A stretch of 64,000 bases of DNA from a virus (IMGVR_UViG_3300008113_000014:44864-108863); one strand, 5' to 3'; positions 38,992-49,140 are shown, numbered from the stretch's first letter. Notes: a model not told the origin generated them from the sequence alone. Program-made: numbers and translations.

Positions 38992-39182
38992 TAACCAATA
39001 GTGCTCCTTTGGAGCATGAGGTGGTTTGATACCTCTATTTTCCGCCGAACTTAAAAGAATATGATAAAATAATGCAATGAATAAGTTTGAGTCATCATAT
39101 AGTAAGTTTATGGGTTACAAGGTAGCGTGTAGCAAGTGTGATCAGCTATACTTTAAGCAAAACGATGAGCCTTTTATTTGTC

Positions 39183-40010
39183 TCAGTTGTATAGATTAGT
39201 ATCTTTGTATCCCCAGATACCTCTAAATTCCCTATCTTCTGATTTAAAACCACCTGTTACAGCATGAGCCAATTTAAATAGGTCTGGTATAACCAAGTCT
39301 CCTTGTTGCCATTTATGAACTATTCTTATGTCTTCATTTTCCATAATGATCTTTTCTATTTTTCTTATTAATAATTTAAAATAATCCAAAGATTCTTGAG
39401 ATGGATTTTCACCTTTATAAGAAACCAAAGGAATTATATGAGGATCTGGCAGTATCATGAACCTAATAATTGGCTGACCAGTTAACCAGTGTGTATTAAT
39501 AATTGGATGTTCATCTGAAAGGTTTGTGTCTTCACTTAGAAATCTAGATGACATCTGTGATTTTTTAATAAATTCTGGCTCAGTTACTACGCTGTCAATA
39601 AGAAATTGTTTCTCTTCATCTGAAAGCATTTCAAATACTACCCCTGTGTCTACAAAATATGTCTTTCCATTCTCTGGATTAGTTTTAAAATTATACATAT
39701 TCCAAGTTGAAGCGACAATTGGATTAAGATAGTATGTATGCTCAATGTGCCATTCCACGATTATATCGTCTGGACCAGATACAATGTCAGACTTGCGTAC
39801 ATGATTCTCTACATATTCGCTTGTATTATCAAGGTATCTCCACCCCATAAGCTTTCCAATTTTTGCTCCAAAATCAAACTGCTCTTCTTGGGTTAGATTG
39901 GCATTTCTAAAACATATTACAGAGTCATTAATAAATTTATTCTTGTAATATTCTATATTATTTATTACGCTTTCAACTCCAGGAAACTCTATTGGTTCTA
40001 CGATTATCAT
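39183..40010 (-). CDS. TauD/TfdA-family 2OG dioxygenase
   Basis: VICFRN..LT.EEQ..F, WHIE, G.T.FVD, HKWQQGDLVI.D...H...R. Confidence 0.85.
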   Translation of the reverse strand: MIIVEPIEFPGVESVINNIEYYKNKFINDSVICFRNANLTQEEQFDFGAKIGKLMGWRYLDNTSEYVENHVRKSDIVSGPDDIIVEWHIEHTYYLNPIVASTWNMYNFKTNPENGKTYFVDTGVVFEMLSDEEKQFLIDSVVTEPEFIKKSQMSSRFLSEDTNLSDEHPIINTHWLTGQPIIRFMILPDPHIIPLVSYKGENPSQESLDYFKLLIRKIEKIIMENEDIRIVHKWQQGDLVIPDLFKLAHAVTGGFKSEDREFRGIWGYKDTNLYN

Positions 40011-40029
40011 TTATATATCCCCTTAAATA

Positions 40030-40368
40030 TTATATTTGTCCATTACAAGGATCTGTTAGCCTATGTGATATAGAATGTCCGCAAGGTGATATGCCTGCTC
40101 TACAATGACAATCAAGTCTAGTTGGTTCTTTTGCTACAGCAGTATCAATAACATTACATATCTTATTAATTAAATGTGCTGTAAATACCTCACATGGACA
40201 AATGCCTTCTTTGCTGCCATCTTGGTCGTTACAGAAATTAGGATCAATCATAGACTCATCAAAAACTTGTACGAATTCAGAACTTTTGTTGCACATATAA
40301 CAGATTAAACCCTTATCTGTAAGTGCTGTTATATTATTACCACACTGACATCTATATATGTTATACAT
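40030..40368 (-). CDS. Cys-rich hypothetical protein
   Basis: 12 Cys in 112 aa; co-oriented directly upstream of TauD. Confidence 0.6.
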   Translation of the reverse strand: MYNIYRCQCGNNITALTDKGLICYMCNKSSEFVQVFDESMIDPNFCNDQDGSKEGICPCEVFTAHLINKICNVIDTAVAKEPTRLDCHCRAGISPCGHSISHRLTDPCNGQI

Positions 40369-40425
40369 ACATTTAGTATATCATATTTGACATTCTTCTA
40401 ATCTTGATGCTATAATAAAGTATAG

Positions 40426-40497
40426 TTCAGGTTCCTATAATGGATCGTAGAGCAGTTTCCGAAACTGACAATGTAGGTCTGATTCCTGCACCTGAAG
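40426..40497 (+). tRNA. Atypical tRNA-Arg (CCG)
   Basis: Acceptor TTCAGGT/ACCTGAA, anticodon loop ttCCGaa, non-canonical T-loop TCTGATT; consensus promoter TTGACA-N18-TATAAT at 40387-40416. Confidence 0.6.
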
Positions 40498-40522
40498 CTA
40501 TGCTATTAAAAAAGGATAATAA

Positions 40523-40729
40523 ATGAGATATACGTATAACATTGATATTGCTAAAATGGAAGAAGTTTATTTTAGCCATACCCAGCAAAATTTCTTTGCA
40601 AATGATGAAGAGCGTAAAAAGTTTAATGCTGACCTTATAGTTGAAGCAGAAAACGAAGAAGAATCTGAAAAGATGAGAATGGGAATGACTGATATTACAA
40701 TGTGGTCATTAGTCCATACTGAGCAATAG
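40523..40729 (+). CDS. Hypothetical protein
   Basis: V.AENEEE motif; AAGGA RBS. Confidence 0.6.
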   Translation: MRYTYNIDIAKMEEVYFSHTQQNFFANDEERKKFNADLIVEAENEEESEKMRMGMTDITMWSLVHTEQ

Positions 40730-40736
40730 TCTTGAC

Positions 40737-41330
40737 ATGAATCAAATTATATATAATTCTTTTCCTAGGTCTGGTAATGTTTATGCTGGATATGTTGGGT
40801 CTCACATAATTTGGAGTAATTATGCAACTGTTCATATACCGCAAATTTTTGGGACCAAAGATCTAGACATGATAAGTATTTTTAGAAAGCCTGAAGATGC
40901 AATAGCATCATTGATTAATAAAAGACTTGAGTCTAATAAACACATTACAGTAAGCATTGAAGGCATACAGCGTCAATCTAAAAACCTTCGTGATGAATAT
41001 AAACAATACTTGGATGGCGCAGTGATGCATAATAAATCTACATATATAATTAACTTTGATAGTTTAATTAATAATCCTGTAAAACATTTTGTTGATATAT
41101 CTAATAGATTTAAAAAGCCTCTATTAAAAGATTACGAAGAGTCATTCAACTCACTAACATTTTCTGGAAAACTCTGGGAAGATCAATATGATGGACATGT
41201 GCCTAGAGAAAAAGATGCTACTAGACTATTCATAGAAGATGTAGTTGGATCTATGGAATGTATAAGACATTTAAACGATGAATATACATCTTTTATTAAA
41301 GAATATGAGAGCTATAGTCCTTTGATTTAA
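40737..41330 (+). CDS. Sulfotransferase-like protein
   Basis: SFPRSGN 5'-PSB-like loop; FRKPEDAIAS 3'-PB-like motif. Confidence 0.65.
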   Translation: MNQIIYNSFPRSGNVYAGYVGSHIIWSNYATVHIPQIFGTKDLDMISIFRKPEDAIASLINKRLESNKHITVSIEGIQRQSKNLRDEYKQYLDGAVMHNKSTYIINFDSLINNPVKHFVDISNRFKKPLLKDYEESFNSLTFSGKLWEDQYDGHVPREKDATRLFIEDVVGSMECIRHLNDEYTSFIKEYESYSPLI

Positions 41331-41515
41331 TATAATCTATTGATTATTTAGAGTATGGTATGATATATCTATGAAATCAGGAAAATGCTTTTATTGTCAA
41401 AAAGATGCCACACACTTTGATACAGTCGTAAACAATAAAGACTATATAGTAGCAGATGTCTGTCTGGACCATTTGGCCGTAGGGTTATCGTCCTAATAGG
41501 GTGTGACACATACCC

Positions 41516-42184
41516 ATGATACCAATTTTATCAATACCCGTTTTAAATAGGTATGACTTGTTAGATGAAAACCTAAGTTTGATAGACTATCCCATTAAAG
41601 AAATATTAATTATCAATAATGGCAAAGAAATATACGAGCCAAAAAGAAAAGATTTAAATGTAAGAGTGCTTAACCTTCCATCTAATTTGGGCATGTCTGG
41701 ATCATGGAACCTTACAATTAAGCTTTATCCTCATGAAAAATACTGGATGTTTTCTTCTGCAGATACACATTGGATTCCAGGCTCTTTAAAAAAATTACAT
41801 GAAATTAGTGGAAAATCAAAAATGATTTGTAGCAGTGAAGGTTTTAGTTGTTTTTCTGTTGGTGAAGAGGTTGTTAGACAAATTGGACTATTTGATGAAT
41901 ACTTTTATCCATACGTGCATGAAGATGACGATTATCGTGAAAGATTATTTATCCATAATAATAAAAATAAGTTTCCATATTTAGAGTTTCTTAACAAAGC
42001 AGTAGATGTTTCTGTTCCGCATGGAAGTGCCCAAACAATTAAGAGCGATCCACTTCTTTTGCAAAAATCTAATGAAACATATACTAAAAATAAAAAGTAC
42101 TTAGAATTAAAAAAATCTCAAAATTTTGAAATAATGGGTAATTGGGATATAGATGTAAGAAGGAATCAAGAATGGCTACAATAG
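41516..42184 (+). CDS. Glycosyltransferase family 2
   Basis: IPVLNR...ILIINNG...NLG.SGSWN...IGLFDE.FYP...EDDDY. Confidence 0.85.
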   Translation: MIPILSIPVLNRYDLLDENLSLIDYPIKEILIINNGKEIYEPKRKDLNVRVLNLPSNLGMSGSWNLTIKLYPHEKYWMFSSADTHWIPGSLKKLHEISGKSKMICSSEGFSCFSVGEEVVRQIGLFDEYFYPYVHEDDDYRERLFIHNNKNKFPYLEFLNKAVDVSVPHGSAQTIKSDPLLLQKSNETYTKNKKYLELKKSQNFEIMGNWDIDVRRNQEWLQ

Positions 42185-42837
42185 GAGTTTTACCAGCATC
42201 TGGTAGATCATCAAGAATAGGTGGAATTCCAAAGTTTTGTTTACCAATATCAGATGAAAGATCATTGTTACAATGGCATGTTGAACAGATGCTTGAGGTT
42301 TGTGATGAAGTAAGAGTATCAACAAGGTCTGAATGGGTTCCAATTGTACAGAACATGGATATGAATGTTAAACTTATTGTTCTTGAGCCATCAACAATGT
42401 CTGATGCTATAAAATTTATGGTGGGAGATTGTAATGATACGGTTCTTGTTGGTATGCCAGACACCTACATACACAATACACACAAAAATATTTATAAAGA
42501 AATGCTTACGGTTGATGGAGATTTGATTTTAGGAACATGGGAATGCACTGATGATATAAAAGGAAGGGTAGGACAAGTCCTGCTGTCTGGCAATAAAGTT
42601 ATTGGATCAAAGGATAAGTCTGCCGATTGTGACTATAAGCATATGTGGGGCACAATGTTGTTTAGAAAAAACCTGGTAAGATATATAGACCCAGAGTTAG
42701 AACACCCAGGAAAGCAAATACAAGAGTGGATTAATATGAATTTAAACATCAGGTCTGTAAGTCCTGGCGGTAAATATATGGACATAGGTACGCTTAATGG
42801 TTTAAAGCAACTATATAAAGAAATGGATAAAGACTAA
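42172..42837 (+). CDS. Sugar-phosphate nucleotidyltransferase (RmlA-like)
   Basis: GVLPASGRSSR...PKFCLP...GMPDT...YMDIGT. Confidence 0.8.
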   Translation: MATIGVLPASGRSSRIGGIPKFCLPISDERSLLQWHVEQMLEVCDEVRVSTRSEWVPIVQNMDMNVKLIVLEPSTMSDAIKFMVGDCNDTVLVGMPDTYIHNTHKNIYKEMLTVDGDLILGTWECTDDIKGRVGQVLLSGNKVIGSKDKSADCDYKHMWGTMLFRKNLVRYIDPELEHPGKQIQEWINMNLNIRSVSPGGKYMDIGTLNGLKQLYKEMDKD

Positions 42838-43611
42838 ATGGCAAATAAATACCCTAATGAGGATTACCTCAACAGGAATGTTTCTGAACTATATGATATA
42901 TGGGAATCAAGAAAAGAATACATAGAAAAAGATTTATGGGTAATTAGAAACTTTTTGTCAGAAGAAGAAATAGAATGGCTCAATAAAGAAGCAAATGATC
43001 CAAATGGTTGGTACGACCTAATGAGGGCTACATATTGCGGTAACATTAAAAATAAATTCTTGGGCTATATTCCAGACTATAGTGAGGATGGCATGATGCT
43101 TGTTCCTACAGAAAATTCAAGGTGGGGCTATAGAGAGCCCGTAGGATTCTTTGAACCAAGGTTAGAAGCTGTAATGCCAAAATATTTTGGTGGAGGTGGA
43201 GCATTGCAATCATTTTTTGAAGTTCCTGATGAACAAATAATTGCAGAGCTTGGCAGAGATGTAGATTATGCTATGGGGTGGCATTATGAAAGAGATGATA
43301 GTGACGAAGAAGAGCAGCAAAAAACAATTGTAGAAAATTCAAAAACTCAAAACAAAAAAATAACTAGTCAAGGAAAAATATCAGCATCACTAAGTGTTTA
43401 TATTAATGATAACTTTGATGGTGGTATCTTGGAGTTTAAAAATAAAGAGTATTCTATAAAGCCAGAGGTGGGGATGCTTGTCAATGTTCCTTTATATAAA
43501 GAGTTTGAACATAGAGTTACAAAGGTTACTAATGGCAACAGGCATACAATATATGGAAGATGTTGGGATTCTGGAGATGGTAAATATTTCTCTACTAATG
43601 AGGACTGTTAA
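42838..43611 (+). CDS. 2OG-Fe(II) oxygenase
   Basis: WHYE...YINDNFDGG.L.F...KPEVG...HRV..V..GNR. Confidence 0.8.
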   Translation: MANKYPNEDYLNRNVSELYDIWESRKEYIEKDLWVIRNFLSEEEIEWLNKEANDPNGWYDLMRATYCGNIKNKFLGYIPDYSEDGMMLVPTENSRWGYREPVGFFEPRLEAVMPKYFGGGGALQSFFEVPDEQIIAELGRDVDYAMGWHYERDDSDEEEQQKTIVENSKTQNKKITSQGKISASLSVYINDNFDGGILEFKNKEYSIKPEVGMLVNVPLYKEFEHRVTKVTNGNRHTIYGRCWDSGDGKYFSTNEDC

Positions 43612-43694
43612 TCTTGACATATTTGCGTTACCTTGATATACTTATAATATGAAAGAACCACGTATTATGCAGATGGATTGGAAAGCTTTAGGAT

Positions 43695-43967
43695 ATGAAA
43701 GAGAGTACAAAAATGGACGACTCAGATGGGTTCCTCAGAATGTCACAGAAGATAAACAAGACAAAGATACTTCCTCTTAGATGGTTTGGCAATGCCTGTA
43801 GTGGTATTGCTATTAGGAGTTTAGTTAAAGCTTTTGATTTAGATGAAGATGGTAATTATGGGTACCGTTTTAAATTCCATAGTAAGATTTGGAATTACTT
43901 TAATAAGCCATATGAGCGTTGGGGCACATACTACACTGTTGATACAAGCAAGTGGAATGAAGAGTGA
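43695..43967 (+). CDS. Hypothetical protein
   Basis: ORF in operon; start uncertain. Confidence 0.45.
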   Translation: MKESTKMDDSDGFLRMSQKINKTKILPLRWFGNACSGIAIRSLVKAFDLDEDGNYGYRFKFHSKIWNYFNKPYERWGTYYTVDTSKWNEE

Positions 43968-44614
43968 GACAACCTATTCATGGGGCATTTGAGTCATACC
44001 TGCAGCCAGATAGTGGGGTATGGGACTGGAATGAATCACTACAATCTTGGGAAGAGTTAGATAATTATAAACTACAAGAAGCCCTAACGATTTCTGGATA
44101 TCCAAGAAGTGGAAATACTTTTATTAATCATGCATTCTTTAAGATGTATGGTCTTGCTCATATAAATTTTAATCGTCACACTGTAAAAAGTATTGCAGAA
44201 AGAGATCACACATTTGTTCCATTTAGACATCCTCTTGAAGCAATAAGTTCTTGGCATATATACCAACAGGTGCACTTTTTAGATATAAGGTTTATTGAAA
44301 ATGATATAAAATTTTACAACAGGTTTCATGAAGAAGCATTAAAAATGAAAGATAAGATAACTTTTCTTGACTTTGATTTATTTAAAAATAACTTAAAATA
44401 CTTGGAAAATAAAGTATCAGATCTTTATGGTGTTATTGCAAAACCAGTTGCAGATTATGAAATAAAAGATTTTATGGCCCATAGGAAATTAAACCTAAAC
44501 ATACCCCGCAATGATGGTGAGATTAAACAAGAAGTAATGGCTTTTGTAGAAAAGCAGTATCTATACAAAAAATCTTTAGATCTTTACAATCAAATCAAGG
44601 AATCATCTATTTAA
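43964..44614 (+). CDS. Sulfotransferase-like protein
   Basis: SGYPRSGNTF; FRHPLEAISS; paralog of 40737-41330. Confidence 0.65.
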   Translation: MRQPIHGAFESYLQPDSGVWDWNESLQSWEELDNYKLQEALTISGYPRSGNTFINHAFFKMYGLAHINFNRHTVKSIAERDHTFVPFRHPLEAISSWHIYQQVHFLDIRFIENDIKFYNRFHEEALKMKDKITFLDFDLFKNNLKYLENKVSDLYGVIAKPVADYEIKDFMAHRKLNLNIPRNDGEIKQEVMAFVEKQYLYKKSLDLYNQIKESSI

Positions 44615-45739
44615 CTATAAGCGATTGATCTGCTTGTTTATAAACTCCAAGAATTTACCAGTAATTAGTGCAAACCCTAGCTCAGGCTTAGCATTAACAC
44701 ATTCTGGACTGACTATATACTTTGCCCACTCCTTTACAGATGCCTTGTTCTTGCCTGCTGTATCTGCTAAAAGGTAGGATACAATCCCTAGAGGGTATGC
44801 TCCAGCCTCTTTGGTAGAGTAGTCGTAGGTAAGTATATTGTTTGAGTCTATTGAGGCTTCTCCAAGGAATGCTGATACATTTGCGCTATTAGGCTCAACA
44901 AAGTTACCAGAAGCATTTCCTATGTTTGCCACCTTAAGGTTAAAGAACTTGGCAAAAGAAACCTCTGCATATGTAATAGAATACTTAGTCTTTGATGCAA
45001 GTGTTGCTACACCCTGTGACTGATTTGCTCCAGAGATTCTTCCTATGTTATTTACATCATTAATGTTATTTGGAAATGATGTTGAAAATGAATCAGAGAC
45101 GGGCTTAGTCCATGTATTAGGAGAAAAGGCCTTCATATATCTAACAAAATTATTAGTTGTGCCAGAGTTATCTAGTCTAAAAATAACTTTAATTTTTTGG
45201 TTTGGCATAGTGTATACAATGCTTTTGGTTGACGTTCTTAATACTACTGGGCTGCCAGCCTTATCTTTAATTAGATTACCAGTTGCATCTTTCTTATATA
45301 CTACCTCTTTAATTTTTCTATTGTTGTCAGCCTTAATAGCAGGATCATTCCACATTGTTATTTCTCCCGCAAAAATCTTAGCGACTGTAGTTGATGATAG
45401 ATAAACCTGTCTGTTACCTGGCAGGTTGTGCATAACGGCAATAGGTGCTGCAACTACTGGAATATGAATAATTGATGGCTTCTTAGTTGATGCAGTATGA
45501 GCTGAGTCTGAAAACCAGAAATCACCAATGCCTTTGTCAGATGAGGTCTTGCCAGCACCAGAACCGTTGGCTGAGTATGTTACTAAATTGCCTGTGTTCC
45601 TAGCATAAGATGATCTGCATTCGTCAATGAGGTTGGCTGGGAAAGATGCACCATTGCCAACAATATTTTCTGCTGCAAAGGCTGGGGTAGAAATAGATAG
45701 AGCAGCAACTACTGCCATTACGATAAGTTTAATTCTCAT
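44615..45739 (-). CDS. pstS: Phosphate ABC transporter substrate-binding protein
   Basis: Signal peptide; G.GASFP, Y...GSGAG, DF..SD, IFAGEITMWNDP.I, R.D.SGTT, YPLGIVSY. Confidence 0.92.
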   Translation of the reverse strand: MRIKLIVMAVVAALSISTPAFAAENIVGNGASFPANLIDECRSSYARNTGNLVTYSANGSGAGKTSSDKGIGDFWFSDSAHTASTKKPSIIHIPVVAAPIAVMHNLPGNRQVYLSSTTVAKIFAGEITMWNDPAIKADNNRKIKEVVYKKDATGNLIKDKAGSPVVLRTSTKSIVYTMPNQKIKVIFRLDNSGTTNNFVRYMKAFSPNTWTKPVSDSFSTSFPNNINDVNNIGRISGANQSQGVATLASKTKYSITYAEVSFAKFFNLKVANIGNASGNFVEPNSANVSAFLGEASIDSNNILTYDYSTKEAGAYPLGIVSYLLADTAGKNKASVKEWAKYIVSPECVNAKPELGFALITGKFLEFINKQINRL

Positions 45740-45788
45740 AATAAGAGTATATAGTAAATAAACTATATTATGATAAAAAATAGGCTCA

Positions 45789-45821
45789 TTTTACCAAATG
45801 TTCACCTAATGTTCTACTTGA
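45789..45821 (+). promoter_or_regulatory. Putative PHO box (three 11-nt direct repeats)
   Basis: TTTTACCAAAT-GTTCACCTAAT-GTTCTACTTGA upstream of pstS. Confidence 0.5.
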
Positions 45822-46719
45822 CATACCTGTAGCCAAGCTGTATAATAAAAGTATGACAAACCAAGAAATAGCAACACTGTTAGATCAAGAATCCTATCGC
45901 ATTTGGGACACTACTAAGGTTATTAAGAATCAAGACTACCATGATGGATTAGTTAAGGGACTTAAGATGGCATCTAAATTGGTGGCTAAACTGTGAAGAT
46001 TAACTATGGAACACAAACCGCTAGCTATTCTTTAGGAGTATACGTTCACAACTGGGGCTATCCAATTAAACATGAGTGGGAAATTGGGCTATACTTATTT
46101 AAGTGGTATATAGGATTGGATTTTTTTAAATGAGTTTAGATGACATGATATTGAGAGAAGAGATTGCAAGGGCTATTGAGGCTATTCCAATTGAAGACTC
46201 TGTTACTAATGCACTTGGCATGCGTATACTTGCTGCTAAAGTTGCAAGGGGACAAGACAATAATCTGTCAAGCATATTTGAACAGCAGATAGACTTTGAA
46301 TAAACATTACGATATACCAGATCCATTCCAAACCTTTATATCCAAGAAATATGCTAACGCTAAAGGATACATGCATGACTTCTTTACTGGAGAATGGTCT
46401 TATAAGTGTTTAACTTGTAAGGATGATCTTTCTGGTCCATCCCGCAAAATATTGACAAAGATTAGATTGTTTCATACAAGAAATGAGTGCTTGGGTGGAT
46501 ACTAAATAAAAACGTCTTCAAGGCATCTATTACAAAACCAGTCAGCTGATCCTGCAGACTTTCTAGCGCCACCATAAACAACTTCATTGTTATCTACCTT
46601 ATCAATAACTTCCCCATACATATATCCGTATACTATGGGTATTAGCCAATGGTCGCATTCATACATAATATAATCATACCACACTTGCAATACCGCTGAT
46701 TTTCTGGTATGATATATAT

Positions 46720-46956
46720 ATGGAAACAAATGGGTGGACTAAAGACTTAGATGATGAGCAAAAGACATATGTCATGGATCTCATTATTACTACTGTAAAA
46801 GAAATCAGAGAGCAGATTGCTCAAGATATTGAGGCAACTGTTCCTGTGTGGCAGGGCCTAGGTTTTATGAAAAGTCGTAGAACTAAAGCTGCATTTAAGG
46901 TCTGTGCTGCTATTGCAAGAGGCCAAAATGAAAAGGTAGGGGAAAATAATGAATAA
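46720..46956 (+). CDS. Hypothetical protein
   Basis: REQIAQDIE...AAIARG motif; leaderless-type promoter. Confidence 0.6.
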   Translation: METNGWTKDLDDEQKTYVMDLIITTVKEIREQIAQDIEATVPVWQGLGFMKSRRTKAAFKVCAAIARGQNEKVGENNE

Positions 46957-47077
46957 ACGTATCTATATATGTGAAGATCCAGAGTGTGGGACAAAGATTA
47001 CTATTGAAGCTAAAGGTGATTTAGCTGAATCTATCATATGTCCATGTGATAAAATAATGCCAACCATTGGTGCATAA

Positions 47078-47305
47078 ATGTGGTCATGGATTTTGGCTGT
47101 AATAGGTGTAGCTGGCATCTATTTTGTTGGTCGTAAGACTATATGGGGCTGGCTTATTCTATGTGCAAATGAGATCCTGTGGATTACATATGCATTAATA
47201 ACAAAACAATATGGTTTTATATTTTCTGCTATTGCTTATGCAGCAGTATATATTAAATCATTTATACATTGGCGTAGAGATGATGCGGAAGGAGTAACAC
47301 AATGA
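47078..47305 (+). CDS. PnuC-like small membrane protein
   Basis: Three hydrophobic helices; GW...N..LWI.YA...QYGF. Confidence 0.6.
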   Translation: MWSWILAVIGVAGIYFVGRKTIWGWLILCANEILWITYALITKQYGFIFSAIAYAAVYIKSFIHWRRDDAEGVTQ

Positions 47306-47404
47306 TTGAGTTAATTCTTTTATCTGTTGGAGCATTTGCACTTGGGTATGCAGTTTCATATTTAGTAATGACATTTGGTATTAAACAAGATAAGTAATTG
47401 TTTG

Positions 47405-47478
47405 GCTCCAGTAGCTCAGTTGGTTAGAGCCCCAAACTCATAATTTGGTCGTCGTAGGTTCAAGTCCTACCTGGTGCA
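47405..47478 (+). tRNA. tRNA-Met/Ile2 (CAT)
   Basis: Anticodon arm CCAAA-ctCATaa-TTTGG; canonical D and T arms. Confidence 0.9.
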
Positions 47479-47482
47479 CTAT

Positions 47483-47555
47483 TGGTCTGTAGCTCAGTTG
47501 GTAGAGCGCCGAACTGTTAATTCGGATGTCACAGGATCGTGCCCTGTCAGACCAG
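47483..47555 (+). tRNA. tRNA-Asn (GTT)
   Basis: TGGTCTG/CAGACCA; CCGAA-ctGTTaa-TTCGG; unusual T-loop ATCGTGC. Confidence 0.85.
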
Positions 47556-47559
47556 CAAT

Positions 47560-47634
47560 GCGAAAGTAACTCAATGGTAGAGTACTACCTTGCCAAGGTA
47601 GATGTTGCGAGTTCAAATCTCGTCTTTCGCTCCA
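47560..47634 (+). tRNA. tRNA-Gly (GCC)
   Basis: GCGAAAG/CTTTCGC-TCCA; CTACC-ttGCCaa-GGTAG. Confidence 0.93.
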
Positions 47635-47635
47635 A

Positions 47636-47707
47636 GCCTTTATAGCTCAGAGGAAGAGCGGACGGTTTCTACCCGTTAGGTCGGAGGTTCAAATCCTTCT
47701 AAGGGCA
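47636..47707 (+). tRNA. tRNA-Arg (TCT)
   Basis: GCCTTTA/TAAGGGC; GACGG-ttTCTac-CCGTT; GGTTCAAATCC. Confidence 0.88.
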
Positions 47708-47760
47708 CAAAAAACAGAAAAGCCAGCCTATTTCTAGACTGGCAATCCTGAAAGTAAATA

Positions 47761-48075
47761 TTAATTTACTTGGTTATTTTTTCCACCACCAGAAGATTTA
47801 GCCTTCTTTGCAGCAGCCTCACGAACTGTTGAGGCTTTCTTTACAGGTGGCTTAGCAGCCTTCAGAGCCTTTTCTACGGAGCTAGCATCTGGCAAGATAC
47901 CAAAAGCCTTGTCATTAGGGTTGATTGCTCTAATTGCAACGGGTGCAAGTGCTGCAACAAGTGCAGTCCATAGATCCTTTGGATCTGTCACGCCTGCCAT
48001 GTATAGGGCAAGACCTGAAGCAAGGACTGAACGTCCGTATGAAGCAAGTAGTGCCTTTAGTTGTGTTGTATTCAT
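47761..48075 (-). CDS. Holin-like membrane protein
   Basis: Two hydrophobic segments, R.INP.D..FG motif, Lys-rich tail. Confidence 0.6.
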   Translation of the reverse strand: MNTTQLKALLASYGRSVLASGLALYMAGVTDPKDLWTALVAALAPVAIRAINPNDKAFGILPDASSVEKALKAAKPPVKKASTVREAAAKKAKSSGGGKNNQVN

Positions 48076-48122
48076 TTTTTCCTCCTAGGATATTTGATCA
48101 TTTTTTATCACTATGAGACTGA

Positions 48123-48974
48123 CTATATTTTAGTCAGACCCAATTCTCTGTATTCTTTTATAAAAGATATTAATCTTTCTCTTTCTTCTTCTTTATTAGC
48201 ATTCATTAATATTTCATTAATACCTTTTTGTTTTAATTCTTTAATAAAATTGTCAAACTCTTCGTAAGTAAAGTATTCAATATCTGTTATCTTACTTTGT
48301 TTTTCTCCATCTTTCCAAATTGGTCTTTGTGCATACTCGTTAGACCTATCAAGATCTTCCTTTGTTTTTCTTATTATTGGTGTTATTGCCAACATTATTT
48401 TTCTATTATCAATATTAAAACTATTTCCAGGATCTTCTCCACGCCCTTCACGAATTACAGTCCAGCGACCATTTTTATAATCTCTATAAGGCAAAATAAT
48501 TTTATTATCATTTACTGCTGTTGCATTAAAAACATACTCGTTTGTTGTTGATGTATAAAAATCTAAGACTGGTTTTGTTTTATTTCCAGGCATGGTGTTA
48601 AGAATGTTAACATACTCTATAAGATAGTTAGACCTATCAATACGATCAGACTCATCATTTATGTTGCCAAGAATACCGCCAAAAGATTTTTCGTGATCTT
48701 TTATATATCCAGATATCAGGTTAATCTGTACTCTGTTTGGCATAATTAAGCTTAATGATTTGTTTATCATACAAAGATATTGAGGAGAAATAGTGTGGGG
48801 TCTAATTGCAACTAAATATTTAATCTTTTCGTTGTGTTTAATATCTCTTGCTATTCTAGTAAAAACATCACCCAATACTGCATCATAAACAAACATAACA
48901 CCATCAAAGTGATGTTGCTCTAGTCTAGTGATCTCACCTTGTTTAAAGTTTCCACCAAAATAATAAAATTTCAT
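48123..48974 (-). CDS. Luciferase-like (LLM) flavin monooxygenase family protein
   Basis: KYLVAIRP..ISP...RVQINLISG motif as in SsuD-like enzymes. Confidence 0.7.
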   Translation of the reverse strand: MKFYYFGGNFKQGEITRLEQHHFDGVMFVYDAVLGDVFTRIARDIKHNEKIKYLVAIRPHTISPQYLCMINKSLSLIMPNRVQINLISGYIKDHEKSFGGILGNINDESDRIDRSNYLIEYVNILNTMPGNKTKPVLDFYTSTTNEYVFNATAVNDNKIILPYRDYKNGRWTVIREGRGEDPGNSFNIDNRKIMLAITPIIRKTKEDLDRSNEYAQRPIWKDGEKQSKITDIEYFTYEEFDNFIKELKQKGINEILMNANKEEERERLISFIKEYRELGLTKI

Positions 48975-48981
48975 ATAACCA

Positions 48982-49140
48982 TTATCTCACATATGTTGTT
49001 AAAAAAGAGTAACCTACCCAAAGACCAATGATTCCAGCTACGCCTGCAAATACTGGAGGTGCTGGAACTGGTAACTTAAAGGCTGCAAATACGATACCGC
49101 ATCCAAACCCTGTAAGTGTTGATAAAATTATATCTTTCAT
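48982..49140 (-). CDS. XapX/DUF1427-like small membrane protein
   Basis: Own translation: MKDIILSTLTGFGCGIVFAAFKLPVPAPPVFAGVAGIIGLWVGY. Confidence 0.75.
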   Translation of the reverse strand: MKDIILSTLTGFGCGIVFAAFKLPVPAPPVFAGVAGIIGLWVGYSFLTTYVR

